A DNA stretch of 63,874 nt, counting the filler, from Octopus bimaculoides (taxonomy: Eukaryota), in NCBI RefSeq assembly GCF_001194135.2. It is 5 parts of 5 records of this genome, joined end to end, with 100 filler letters (N's around TTAATTAATTAA, not from the genome) between each part and the next. Parts side by side here need not be neighbours in the genome. Positions count along the whole stretch, not along the records: positions 1 to 28,140 come from NC_069001.1; 4 more parts are not named here. One strand, written 5' to 3'. Shown here in pieces: positions 1-13,344 of this stretch (position 1 is the first letter of the stretch; each line of letters begins with the position of its first letter). A model generated the notes under the pieces. It searched no databases. It saw only the letters and a list, made by a program, of their open reading frames with translations, and was not told the origin of the DNA. A program made the position numbers and the translations under genes.

Positions 1-46
<46 letters not shown>

Positions 47-67
47 ATATATGTGTGTGTGTGTGTA

Positions 68-228
68 CAACGGGCTTCTTTCAGTTTCTGTCTACCAAAT
101 CCACTCACAAGGCTTTGGTCAGTCTGAGGCTATAGTAGAAGACACTTGCCAAAGGTGCCATACAGTGGGACTGAACCCGGAACCATGTGGTTGGTAAGCA
201 AGTTACTTACCACACAGCCACTCCTGCG
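68..228 (-). mobile_element. tRNA-derived SINE (octopus CORE-like family), head and body
   Basis: Reverse complement of the GGAGTGGCTGTGTGGTAAG...GGTTCAGTCCCACTG...GGCAAGTGTCTTCTACTATAGCC...GGAAACTGAAAGAAGCCCG repeat that recurs more than 10 times in the window. Confidence 0.8.
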
Positions 229-611
229 CCTATATATTTCTTATATTTTTTCATCTTTCTCAATTCAGTCTTTGAAATGTAGCCATGATAGAGTACCACT
301 TTCAAGAGTTCAACCATCTTCTCAAGTACTTATTTCAGTCTCATCTTTGTCAAACTTCTAAGTGATGCTTTGACATAAAGCATCATGATATCTATTATGT
401 GTGTTGCTTATTGAAGAGGAAAGAGAGAACCTACGACCTTCAACAGATGAGAGAAAAGTATCTTCAAACTGGAAGGCTTCAAATGCTTGAAACTGATGGA
501 CTCAGCAAAAGGCACCCAAAGACCAGGATCAGAATAAAGGTATCCTCAATTTGGGAACATCTCAGATGCTAAAGGCAGCCAAGGAAACCACCTACCCTAT
601 ATATATATATA

Positions 612-1722
612 TCATCATCATCATCGTTTAACGTCCGCTTTCCATGCTAGCATGGGTTGGACGATTTGACTGAGGACTGGTGAAACCGGATGGCAACACC
701 AGGCTCCAGTCTGATTTGGCAGAGTTTCTACAGCTGGATGCCCTTCCTAACGCCAACCACTCAGAGAGTGTAGTGGGTGCTTTTACGTGTCACCCGCACG
801 AAANNNNNNNNNNNNNNNNNNNNNNNNNNNNNNNNNNNNNNNNNNNNNNNNNNNNNNNNNNNNNNNNNNNNNNNNNNNNNNNNNNNNNNNNNNNNNNNNN
901 NNNNNNNNNNNNNNNNNNNNNNNNNNNNNNNNNNNNNNNNNNNNNNNNNNNNNNNNNNNNNNNNNNNNNNNNNNNNNNNNNNNNNNNNNNNNNNNNNNNN
1001 NNNNNNNNNNNNNNNNNNNNNNNNNNNNNNNNNNNNNNNNNNNNNNNNNNNNNNNNNNNNNNNNNNNNNNNNNNNNNNNNNNNNNNNNNNNNNNNNNNNN
1101 NNNNNNNNNNNNNNNNNNNNNNNNNNNNNNNNNNNNNNNNNNNNNNNNNNNNNNNNNNNNNNNNNNNNNNNNNNNNNNNNNNNNNNNNNNNNNNNNNNNN
1201 NNNNNNNNNNNNNNNNNNNNNNNNNNNNNNNNNNNNNNNNNNNNNNNNNNNNNNNNNNNNNNNNNNNNNNNNNNNNNNNNNNNNNNNNNNNNNNNNNNNN
1301 NNNNNNNNNNNNNNNNNNNNNNNNNNNNNNNNNNNNNNNNNNNNNNNNNNNNNNNNNNNNNNNNNNNNNNNNNNNTCCATACCAGCGCAATCGTCTCTCT
1401 TGCACGCCACAACTGATGCTTCTAATGTTCAGCTTTTCTCTCAAGATACTTACGCTCTGACGGGTATTCACATTGACATTACACATCCAACGGAGCATAC
1501 TGGCTTCATTCCTTGCGAGCTTACGTATGTCCTCAGCAGTTACAGCCCATGTTTCACTGCCATGTAGCATGGTTGTTCGTACGCATGCGTCATACAGTCT
1601 GCCTTTTACTCTGAGTGAGAGTCCCTTTGTCGCCAGCAGGGGTAAGAGCTCTCTAAACTTTGCCCAGGCTATTCTTATTCTAGCAGCTACACTTTCAGCG
1701 CACCCACCCCCAATCTCACACG
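612..1722 (-). mobile_element. 5'-truncated RTE-clade LINE (ORF2 C-terminus plus 3' UTR, ATC/GAT tail), interrupted by an N gap
   Basis: ORF GGGCAESVAARIRIAWAKFRELLPLL...RLYDACVRTTMLHGSETW...ERRLRWYG is near-identical to the copy at 5915; 3' tail is (CAT)n on the plus strand at 612. Confidence 0.9.
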
Positions 1723-1772
1723 CATACACATACATACATATATATATACATATATATATATATAGGTAGATA

Positions 1773-2600
1773 TCTACTACATAAATGGCAATTTCTGTCT
1801 GTTTGCGGCTGTGTGTGTTTGTGAATTTGTTACTTTAATTCCTCCGAGACTATCCAACAATCCAACATGCCTTCATCATCAGCTGCCCCATGGATAACAT
1901 TATGGTTTCAACATCTGGGCAGTACCATTCAACCCAGCAATGTCAACAGCACTAAAACAAGTGTTGTATGGGAACAAACAAACCAAAGAAACCACAACTT
2001 TCAAACACATTTACCCATTTACAACCCCTCCTAAATACGTAACTAAACGATGACAACTCTATTAAGTTAAAAATTATAATCCCTACCGTTTTCCATAGTG
2101 TAATATAAAAGTAAAGATTAATAACCACATTATTTCAATCAATCAATATATAAGTGGATTAAACATTAACCTTACTAAAACTACAACAGACATTTAAACC
2201 AATGTACATTGTATTGTTATTAATAGTAAACTGCAATAACTAAATTATATGCTAAATTGCAATCCATCTTTAAGTTCAGATAAATAATAATCCCACCGGT
2301 CTTCCATAGATACTACTATAATGAAAGTTCAATATAAAATTTTTTCCAAACCAAAACACAATTGAAATTAATTTAACTAATATTTTTATGGGTGAAATAC
2401 ATTATTTCATCATTCAAAAGTTAAGCACCACATATTAATATATCACCACAATAAGTAATAATTTTAACTTACCAGTGACTAATATACACCTAAATTTCAT
2501 TAAATAGGAACTAATAAAAGTACTTGTAATAAGCTATTATAAATCTTGCTATGTTTAAAGCTAATTAAACTGTTTAAAAGACAATAAATCTATTTAAAAG
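1773..2600 (+). mobile_element. Probable non-autonomous Helitron-like element (5' end)
   Basis: Starts A|TCTACTACATAAATGGC followed by TCTGTCTGTTTG..GTGTGT, typical of Helitron-type 5' ends. 3' end not identified. Confidence 0.4.
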
Positions 2601-3574
2601 ACAATAAAACTACAAGTATTAACACTATATGTATACACAGAATGCTGTACCTGGCTATAGAAAATTTGCCTCAACAAATTCCTTTTGATTCATGCAAGTA
2701 TATACAGCCCAAATATTCTACCTGTTGTATGTTAAAATCAGCCAGCTCCAACCTCTTGTACCTACCATACAGTGTCATTCAAAAATAGATAATCACATCA
2801 TTGAAATCTCAGAGCTACAAGATAATGCATGATTAATTCAAAACAATATGAATGAAACAGCATTTTTTTTTCAATAGAATAATCTGAGTGCTGAAGGGTT
2901 AAAATAATGAGAATGTTGAAATAGAAATTACTGCACAGCTTTTGTGAATTTAAGTGAAATTTAAAAGGTGTGATAGATGTAAACATCAGATGAAATGAGG
3001 AAACAAAGGAAACTGGTGATAGTTTGTGAAGGCAACAATTAGCCAATTATAAATATAGCTTATTTGTTTGTTTATTTATGTATTTATTAGTCATTAAGTT
3101 AACAGGTCATGTACTGTTAAAAATTTCTGAAAAAAAAAATTGAGAGCCAGTATTTACATACAAAGAATAAATAGAAGTGTATAGTGGTTGTGGTTGTTTT
3201 GCTCCAGATTAGGCCTGACCAACAGACCTGTAGGATCAAAAGTAACCCACCCATGACCATCCTGTTTTCCACTGACAGTGTATCTAGGATTACATACATT
3301 ACTTCTAGTAAGTTCAGCAACCATATAGAGCAGTTGTCCACAGTGGTGTGTGTAGCAGTGGAATTTAGAAAATATAATTTAAGGTTTTGGAAAACTTTTA
3401 TGAATGCTCAATAGGTTAACTAGTACAGTTCACAACCATGAGGCTCTGGGTTCAATCCCACTGTGTGGAATCTTCGAAAAATGTCATATTTTTATATCCT
3501 CAGCTCAACCAATACTTTGTATAGAAGCCCATTGGGTGGATTGTACTAGTAATTCAAAAGGTACAGCCTTGTCT

Positions 3575-3609
<35 letters not shown>

Positions 3610-5334
3610 TATCATACTGATTCTGGGAGAGAATTACAAAATGGGTTCACATATCTGTGAGGAATACTCAGCCACTTAAACATTAATTCAAGAACAGCTA
3701 ACTTAGTGAATCAAACAACGGAATCCTCATAGTCGAATGACAAACGTCCACCAAACCAACAATTCTTGAACGTCAGGAAAAACCAAATTCTTCATAATTT
3801 GGTCATACGCAAATAGGTGCCATGTGTGGATGTGTGACTAAGGTGCTAGCTTTCCAACCACATGGTCCTGGATTCAGTCCCACTACATGGTACCTTGGGT
3901 AAGTGTTTTCTATTATAGCCCTGAGAAGATCAATAGTACCAGGCTTTACAGAAAGTAATAAGTCCCGGGGTTGACTCATTTGACTAAAACTCTTTAAGGC
4001 GGTGCCCCAGCATGGCCTCAGTCTAATGACTGAAACAAATAAAAGATTAAAAGAATTCTCTTGAAGTTTCTAAATTCTTAGGATGTCAACAATATGAATT
4101 AATAATTCTATATCACCATATATTCCTACCCTTATTCGCAAAACAATTTTGGGGTTATAACCCTCTTGTAGAAGAGAACACGCAGCCCAAAAATACATTA
4201 ATTTCATCTAGAAATACTCCAGATATCCCATAAAACAAACAAAAGCCTTAGTTGAAAACAAAAGCAGGATTCCAACCAAACAATGCAAATTAAACAAGTT
4301 GGCTGATGTTAGATTTTGAATTTTAATGACTTCTAAAAGGTAAAACTAGAATAATTTTAGGAAAACAGGGTGTTGTCTTTAAATGTTAGTTCCCTTGGGC
4401 AAATGTCAGAACATGCAACCAGTACAAACAAAGTAATGTAAACTATCTCAAGTGAATTGTCACATCAGTTCACACACAAACATTATTATTATTATTATTG
4501 TTATTATTATTATTCAGATTACATTAAAATCTGTGCACAACCAAAGCAGACATAGTAGATTCCAACAGACGAAACGGGGCCTGTACAACAAATAGTCTAA
4601 TATAAGTAGTCTGGGATTTAGAAAAAAAAAAAAAAGGAAAGAAAAAAACACTGCTTCTCTTTGGTGACATTTAAGAATGCTCTGACTGACTGTGAGAGAC
4701 TAGAAGAATCTAATTGAAAAGTTAGCAGCAATTCTATTCCAATAGAAATTTACATGAGAGGGTTGAACTTCACTGCATGCTAATTTCCAGGGATGGCTGC
4801 TAACTAGTTACGAATCTGCTTTACAACCATGGAGTCTTAGGTTCAAGACCACTATGTTCATATTCATTATCACTTGAGAGTGGACCGGAGTAAATTGGAC
4901 TGAAGTGCCTTACTCAAGGACATAAAAAGGATCCAAGAATTGAACCCATGACTTTGGTGTACAACACCAACATTGAAACCATTTTGCGACGCACATTTTG
5001 TTACATCTACTAGTAATAACAGAAAATGCCAAGGCAACAGATCAATATAAAAACAAGTATTCCATACAAAAATAGCGATTGAGTTATATGTAATATAAAC
5101 TTAATTGACTCTTACAAAATAACTGTTTGGTTCACTAAAGAAATTTTCAGAAAATGAAAATAAAAATAATGGAGGAATGGAGAGAGTATTAAAAAAATAG
5201 CCATAATGGAAAACTGAAAACGAAATAAAACGAAAATACAAATTAAAAATACATACATACAAATAGTAAGAAAATACATAGTTATATAATGTGTGTGTGT
5301 GTGTGTGTGTATCTATATATATATATATATCTAA

Positions 5335-5625
5335 ACATGGTCAATGCCAGTGCCCCCTGAGTGGCTCCTGTGCCTGTAGCATGTAAAAAGCACCGTCCAA
5401 ACATGGTTAATGCCAGTGCCACTTAACTGGTTCCCATGCTGATGGCATGTAAATAGCTCCCACTATACTCTTGGAGTGGTTGGTGTTAGGAAGGGTATCC
5501 AGCTGTAAAAACCTTGTCAGATCAGACTGGAGGCTGGTGCAGCCTACTGGCTTGCCAGTCCTCAATCAAATCGTGAAACCCATACCAGCATGGAAAACAG
5601 ACATTAAATGATGGTGATGATGATA
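5335..5625 (+). mobile_element. RTE 3'-UTR fragment
   Basis: GCCAGTGCC...CACTATACTCTTGGAGTGGTTGGTGTTAGGAAGGGTATCCAGCTGTA...CATGGAAAACAGACATTAAATGATGGTGATGAT matches the 3' end of the RTE at 5915-7365. Confidence 0.85.
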
Positions 5626-5914
5626 GCGCTAAGCAGTGATGTGTATAAATGCAATGTTATTACCGGTTAGAATATGCCAGTGGCACACTTGGACTTAAAA
5701 ACAAATCATTCACTGTGTTTTGTCATGAAGAGAATTTCTTCTTGTAGACAAATGTCAATACACCTAAATCACAACTTGCAGCACCACCTATCTAAACTGT
5801 GAGATGCAAGCATTTCGGAGTGGTTATCTCCTCTTCAGTCAGAGACCAGATGGTGATGCAGCAAGCTGATAACAGAAACAATCTCTCTTATGCTATTCCA
5901 GTCAACATATATAT

Positions 5915-7365
5915 ATGTATGTGTGGAAGCAAGGACTAGAATCGAAGGGCCTTAGAGTCAACCTAGCTAAAACCAAAGTCCTAATAAGTAGGAAGGTAGA
6001 CAAAACACAAACTCCTTCAGGTAGATGGCTCTGCTCGATATGTAGAAAAGGCGTAGGTAGAAACTCTATAAGATGCACCCAGTGTAAGCTATGGACACAT
6101 AAGAGGTGCAGCAATATCAAAGGAAGGTTAACTAGGAGGTTAGTTTTTGTATGTGGCAGATGTTCAGGAGCTATAAACACTGTAAATGTGCAGAAAAGAA
6201 CTTTGGCCACATTCCAGGGAGAAAAACTAGACTTAGTTGATAGCTTCCGCTATCTGGGTGACCAAGTCAGAAATGGGGGAGGGTGCGCTGAAAGTGTAGC
6301 TGCTAGAATAAGAATAGCCTGGGCAAAGTTCAGAGAGCTCTTACCTCTGCTGGTGACAAAGGGCCACTCATTCAGAGTAAAAGGAAGACTGTATGACGCA
6401 TGTGTACGATCAGCCATGCTTCATGGCAGTGAAACATGGGCTGTGACTGCTGAGGATATACGTAAGCTCGCAAGGAATGAAGCCAGTATGCTCCGTTGGA
6501 TGTGTAATGTCAATGTGAATACCCGTCAGAGTGTAAGTATCTTGAGAGAAAAGCTGAACATTAGAAGCATCAGTTGTGGTGTGCAAGAGAGACGATTGCG
6601 CTAATATGGTCATGTAGCGAGAATGGATGAGGATAGCTGTGTGAAAAAGTGCCACACCCTAGCAGTTGAGGGAACCTGTGGAAGAGGTAGGCTCAGGAAG
6701 ACCTGGGATGAGGTGGTGAGGCACGACCAACGAACATTGGGCCTCACCGAGGTGATGACTTCTGACCAAGACCTTTGGAAATTTGCTGTGCGTGAGAAGA
6801 CCCAGCAAACCAAGTGAGACCTAAATCCAAGGCCTCTGCCAGGGGTGTACTCATCCCACTTATGCGTACCTTCCTTCATTGGACACTAAACTCCACTTGT
6901 GAAGACCTGTTGAGGCAAGTGAAATCGAAATCGAACTAAATTCGACGACTGGCACTCATGCCAATGTCATCTCCTTCATTGGACACGAAACTCGGTTTGC
7001 AAAGACCTGTTGGGGCAAGCGAAAGCGAAACCGTGATGGCACCTGTGCCCAGCGGCGCCTTCCTGGCATGTGTAAAGAGCGAGATCGTTGCCAGTGCCGC
7101 CGGACTGGCTCCTGTGCAGGTGGCACATAAAATACACCATTTTGAGCATGGCCATTGCCAGTACCGTATGACTGGCCGTCATGGCACATAAAAGCACCCA
7201 CTACACTCTCGGAGTGGTTGGCGTTAGGAAGGGCATCCAGCTGTAGAAACTCTGCCTGATCAGATTGGAGCCCAGTGCAGCCATCTGGCTTGCCAGTCCT
7301 CAGTCAAACCGTCCAACCCATGCCAGCATGGAAAGCAGACGTTAAACGATGATGATGATGCTGCT
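5915..7365 (+). mobile_element. RTE-clade LINE 3' half: end of RT, PHD-like Zn finger, RTE C-terminal domain, 3' UTR and (GAT)n tail; premature stop
   Basis: ORF 5915-6604 (GLRVNLAKTK, ARIRIAWAKFREL, LHGSETW) continues after TAA (LR*YGHVAR, normally LRWYGH) into GRGRLRKTW; ends GTTAAACGATGATGATGATG. Confidence 0.92.
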
Positions 7366-7740
7366 GCACACATATATAAATATGTTCATTTTATGTCTGC
7401 TTTTCATGCTAATATGTATTGGACAGGTTATCACAGTAGGTTCTTCTTCAGAGTAAGAATTACCTTCTCAAGTAGTTCACAGGACCCTGTCATCACTTGT
7501 ACATTATATTTTGACATAGTTTCTAGAGATTTTGTGTCCTTCCTATCAGTATCCACTTTACATAAATGTATGGGGTGCAGTTTATCATGACAGCAGTGCA
7601 AGAGAGTCCTTGACATGAATTAAAGAGCCACTCAACCTTACATTGTCACCACTCAGCCAAAAACTTTACAAGAGACACAGTGAAAGAGACACACACATAT
7701 ATAGAGTGAAAAGTGCACACACAAACACACACACCCATAC

Positions 7741-7797
<57 letters not shown>

Positions 7798-8538
7798 ACA
7801 AAAGACAGCTAAACGCAATATAAAACTAAAAAGGAAAAAATGCAATTGTCACTAATTGTGACTGAGGGCACAAGGTAACACCTACATTGCTAGAAATAAG
7901 AGTTAAAAACCTTTAGACCTGCAAAGAAGCACATGTCTATATATATAGAAAGAGAGAGAGAGAGAATAAAAAGTAGAAAAGCACAAATTTCACAGTTAAT
8001 TTAATTAGTTGCCAATGGCTGTTTTATTAGGAATAAACATCGTTAATTATCATTTTATATGGCTAGGTGAAGTGTGACTATGTGGTTAAGAAGCTTCCTT
8101 CACAACAATATGGTTCTGGGTTCAGTGCCACTGCATGGCACCTTGGACAAGTGTCTTCAACTGTAGCTCTGGGCCAGCAAAGCCTTGTGAGTGGATCTGG
8201 CACATAGAAACTGAAAGTAGCCCTGTGTGTGTGTGTGTGTGTGTGCATATCTTGACATCATGTGATAGCTGTATGAGTGTCATCATCATACAAGTAGTCC
8301 TTTATTTCCAATTTCCCATGAATATTTGTCCAGCCATAGGGAAACAATTGAGCGTTGGCAAGAGGAAGGGCATTTGCCTGTAGAAAGTCTGCCTGAACAA
8401 ATTCCAAATGACCCATGTGAGCATGGAAGAGTGGATGATGTTAAAATGATTGTGTGTGTGTGTGTGTGTGCGCACACATGTGTAATCATAATCACATAAA
8501 CATAGATACAGTATTTCTAAATATTTGTTTCCCATTAA

Positions 8539-8813
8539 CCCATTACCTCCCATAATTCTATTAACAGGAATTTTTTTATGAAACTTTGATTTCTAACAAA
8601 ACAGCCTTAGAAACACGCTGGAATGATCAAAATAACATTTTAAATAGAAATAAGTGAGATATTGGGTGAAAAATTAGCAAACCTCATTTGAATATCAGAG
8701 AAATATACCTAGTAGATATAGCAAAAAGGTTAGATATGTGTAAATATTGACAGATAATTACGAAATTTGTAATTTTTAAGTCATCTCATATGAGATCACT
8801 GGTAGGTAATGGG
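8539..8813. mobile_element. piggyBac-type MITE with TTAA target-site duplication
   Basis: TTAA|CCCATTACCTCC at 8535-8550 and GGTAGGTAATGGG|TTAA at 8801-8817 are inverted termini. Confidence 0.8.
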
Positions 8814-9813
8814 TTAATGTTTATCAATTTACTGTCGTGCCTATACTAAGGAATTTTCCATAATTATAAGATAATTAAATCTCTATCAAAACTATAAAAG
8901 AAAGTATAGCTTAGCTTTAAAACTAGATACTGACCAATGTTCGATAAAGAGAGAGTCTTTGTGGAACGGTTCTTTTTCATACCAAGGAGTTGTTAAAAAA
9001 GTGCAGTCATCTTAAATAAGAGACTGGACTTGACATAAGCTAATGAGGGGACATTAACGAGGTACTGATGGGTGTTACACAGGTTGGGATGTTTCTTATA
9101 AGTAATAAATTTAAACAGGCATGGCTGAATGTTAAGAAGCTTGCTTCCCAACCACAGCTTTCTGGGTTCAGTCTCACTGCATGGCACCTTGGGCAAGTGT
9201 TTTCGGATCTTTTTTAAAACGGGGGCCACATTTTTCATTAACGAAACACTTTGAAACTTGGAACACTGGTAGAATGTGTCATATAAAACATCTTTTTCTT
9301 TTAGTCTTCTTAAAAAAAAAAGAAATCCATAAGTTATTCCATGTTAAAGTTGTAGTATTTCTGTAATTTCAACCAATCACTGACGTCCATTCAGCCGATA
9401 TACATTAAGTGCCGACTCCATAAACAAACGATTCTGAAACAATTAACCCTAACNNNNNNNNNNNNNNNNNNNNNNNNNNNNNNNNNNNNNNNNNNNNNNN
9501 NNNNNNNNNNNNNNNNNNNNNNNNNNNNNNNNNNNNNNNNNNNNNNNNNNNNNNNNNNNNNNNNNNNNNNNNNNNNNNNNNNNNNNNNNNNNNNNNNNNN
9601 NNNNNNNNNNNNNNNNNNNNNNNNNNNNNNNNNNNNNNNNNNNNNNNNNNNNNNNNNNNNNNNNNNNNNNNNNNNNNNNNNNNNNNNNNNNNNNNNNNNN
9701 NNNNNNNNNNNNNNNNNNNNNNNNNNNNNNNNNNNNNNNNNNNNNNNNNNNNNNNNNNNNNNNNNNNNNNNNNNNNNNNNNGTGAGTGGATTTGGTAGAC
9801 GGAAACTGAAAGC

Positions 9814-10037
9814 GGCGAGCTGGCAGAAACGTTACCCCACTGGGCGAAATGCTTAGCAGTATTTCGTATGCCGTTACGTTCTGAGTTCAAATTCCGCCAA
9901 GGACGACTTTGTCTTTCATCCTTTCGGGGTCGATAAATTAAGTACCAGTTACGCACTGGTGTCGATGTAATCGACTTAATCCCTTTGTCTGTCCTTGTTT
10001 GTCCCCTCTGTGTTTAGCCCCTTGTGGGCAATAAATA
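9814..10037 (+). mobile_element. OK-type octopus tRNA-SINE nested in another SINE, 12-bp TSD
   Basis: GGCGAGCTGGCAGAAACG...GAGTTCAAATTCCGCC...GGGCAATAAATA, flanked by GGAAACTGAAAG at 9801-9812 and 10038-10049. Confidence 0.85.
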
Positions 10038-11804
10038 GGAAACTGAAAGAAGCCCATCATGTGTATGTGTGTGTTTTCTATCACCACTTGACAACTGATG
10101 TTGGTTTGTTATGTCTCCATAATTTAGTGATTGGGCAAAGAGAAAGTAGAACCAGGCTTGAGAAAACATAAGTAATGGGGTTGAGTTGTTCAACAGAAAA
10201 TTCAAGGTGGTGTCTCAGCGTGGTCTAATGACTGAATCAAGTAAAAGAATAAAAGCTACAATACTATTTTCAAATAACAATCTATGAAGGACATTGTTAG
10301 CGTTGAAGAGAAACAAAACATGCCTGAAGATGTATCAACGTCTAATATAATTTCTTTAAATAAGCCCTTGCTTCTTTAGTAATTTTCATAAAAATTTAAC
10401 ATAGGGTGCATTAAGCCAAACGAATATTTAAAATAAAGCATATACTGAATGGAGTAAGATAAGAAAATATGTATAATAAACCATTGCAGTAAATTAGTTT
10501 ATGTTAAATGAAAACAATTTATTGCATATTTACTTCCCTTCTATTTAAAAACTGACGCGAGAGTTACCTCCCGTTTGTAATGGTAGAGTTACCTCCCTTC
10601 AATGAGATGTGTAATGGATGACGGTTAGTTGGGTTGACTATGAAAAGTGATTCCCCATTTGACAGCAACCCGATGACTGAAACCAATACACGAATATTGT
10701 AAATGACAATTGAAAGTGATCAAACACATCAGATCGAAAAACCACAGAAGTTCCCTCCATGGGCTGTCCTATTTCCATATACCTCAACATACGAACATAC
10801 TATCATCATTAACGTTCGTTTACCATGGTGACATCGGTTGGATGGTTCAACAGGATCCAGTGAGTGGGAGAACTGTGCCAAGCTCTAAAATCTGCTTCGG
10901 CGCGATTTCTATAGCTGGATGCCCTCCGTAACGCCAACTACTTCACAAAGTGTTTCTTTTGTGACACTGCCATTAATGAGATCGCCAAGACAACAGGAAA
11001 AGTTTGACTAAGTAGAGGCATAGTGGAGTATATGATGCCGTTCCTGTCACTAACCCTCACCTGTTTCCAAGTAAGATAACATTTTCCATGACCAAACATG
11101 TTCTCATGAAAGACTGGAAATGATAGACACCGCCTACCTGATGGGGAGACTCGTTTACAGCTATCATGTGATGTTAAAGCAAGGAAACAGTAACACACAC
11201 ATAATATATCTAATGGATTTCTTTTCAGCTTCTATCTACCAAATCCACTTACAAGGCTTTGGTTGGCTTGAGGCTATAGTAGAAGACACTTGCCCAAGAT
11301 GTCACACTGCAGGACTGAACTGGGAGCCATGTAGTTCGAAAGCAAGCTTCTTTCCACACAGTCAGGTCTGAGTTGCCTTAGGTACATCTCATTGACAAGC
11401 GCCAAGAAGCTTGAAACATCGATGTCTGGGATTCCTAACAGATGGTGACACTGAATAAACAGTGTTTTCACACCTATTTACAGTAACAGGGATAAATTCT
11501 CCAGGGTGACTGCAGTATGTTTGCTTTTAGCAGTTGAAATGTGTCACAAACATATTTCAACTAACCTAAAGTTTGCTTATGCCTAAACACTGCTTAGCGC
11601 TAACATTTCGTTTTATACACACACACTCTACTATATGTACATGCATATACTACAGCTCCAGGGTTTGGTTGGACTGGGGCCGTAGAAGAAAACAAGGTGC
11701 CGGACAGTGGACTGAACCTAGAACCAAATGGTTGGGAAGCAAACTTTTTACCATACACTTATGCCTACACCTATATATTACTAGTATGTGTTTAATGTTA
11801 TAGG

Positions 11805-12250
11805 TACAGGAGTGGCTGTGTGGTAAGTAGCTTGCTTACCAACCACATGGTTCCAGGTTCAGTCCCACTGCGTGGCACTTTGGGCAAGTGTGTTCTATTA
11901 NNNNNNNNNNCACTGCGTGGCACTTTGGGCAAGTGTGTTCTATTATAGCCTCAGGCCGACCGAAGCTTTGTGAGTGGATTTGGTAGACGGAAACTGAAAG
12001 AAGTCCATCGTGTGTGTATATATATATATATGTATATATGTGTGTATATGTTTGTGTGTGTGTGTTTGTTCCCCCAACATCGCTTGACAACTGATGTTGG
12101 TGTGTTTACATCCCCGTCACTTAGCAGTTCAGCAAGAGAGACCAATAGAATAAGTACTAGGCTTACAAAGAATAAGTCCTGGGGTCGATTTGCTTGACTA
12201 AAGGCGGTGCTCCAGCATGGCCACAGTAAATTGACTGAAACAAATAAAAG
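11805..12250 (+). mobile_element. Full-length tRNA-derived SINE
   Basis: A/B-box-like head (TGGCTGTGTGG, GGTTCAGTCCC), body, internal (TA/TG)n, and GACTGAAACAAATAAAAGA tail. Confidence 0.85.
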
Positions 12251-13344
12251 AAAAGACCCTGGAAAAATAAACAAAATGGATCCAGTGACATTTGAACTTA
12301 ATACAAAGATGACGCCACCAATCATCAGGCATTTATTAGTTTTCTGCTACCTCAGGTGCTTTTTGCCACATCATCATACAGTGATATGATGCATCATCAT
12401 TTAACATCAGTTTTCCATGCTGGCATGGGTTGGACGGTTTGAGAGGAGCTTGTAAGGTCAGGGTCCACACCAGGCTCCATTGGCTGTTCTGACATGGTTT
12501 CTACAGTTGCTAACGCCAACCACTTTACAGAGTACACTGGGTACTTTTCATGTGGCACCAGCACAAGTACTTTTTATGTGATAACAGCACTGGTATCAAT
12601 TTTTCTGGGTCTCCCTCTTCTGCAAGTTCCAATGGATATTTATTGATTAACCCCAAGGTTAGCCCTGACCAAAGGATCAGAAAAGTTCCAGCCACAACCA
12701 TCATGTCAGCTATTTTTGGTTTTCATTTTTTTTTTTAAAAAAGAGCAATTTGAGGGAAACCTGGCTATTAATTCTTCTATATAACACTAGAGAAATCATC
12801 TCCTTAGTTTGGACACAATAGGCTTTTTTGTTGTCTTTTTGAGAGATGTCCTTTCATCAACACGATATCTCCAACTCCACCCATTCATTCTCATCCTCTC
12901 TCCTGAAAAGTCGCCATGTGGCCCCTCTACAGCAAGAAACCCATTTTGCTCTGACCACTCTCCTAATGCTTTTACCTCTTGTCTACTAGCATAAAGATTC
13001 CTCCTTGGGGTTCATAGTATGGCAAGCCGCATGGCGACCTCAATAGTGCTGGTAGCATGAAAAACAATGCACCCAGTAGATGATGTAAAGTGGTTGGTGA
13101 TAGGAAGGGTATCCAGCCATAGAAACAATGTCAAAGCAGTTTTTTTTTTGGGGGNNNNNNNNNNCCAGCCATAGAAACAATGTCAAAGCAGTTTTTTTTT
13201 TGGGGGGGGGGCATTGAATCATGGATAGCAGTCCAACCCATACCAGCATGGACCAGGGGACAGAGACAAAGACTCATGTACACACATGTGTGTGTGTGTA
13301 TATATAAAGTCTAGAGAAGAAATTTCAGGTGTGAAAGCTAGGTC

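Noticed and set aside
680-1567. Long ORFs in the track that span N runs (also 15557, 31839-32845, 35164, 47715, 51808, 53645, 55806, 58691)
   Set aside because: Their length comes from untranslatable Ns.
7431-7530. VQVMTGSCELLEK followed by GTAATT as possible PSMD5 exon 2
   Set aside because: Superficially like LCVSILER, but no decent acceptor gives the required phase 2, and the frame stops shortly afterwards.
11866-11945. Short direct repeats flanking 10-N gaps (also about 13115-13200 and 29147-29281)
   Set aside because: The same sequence on both sides of tiny gaps is typical of unmerged contig overlaps.
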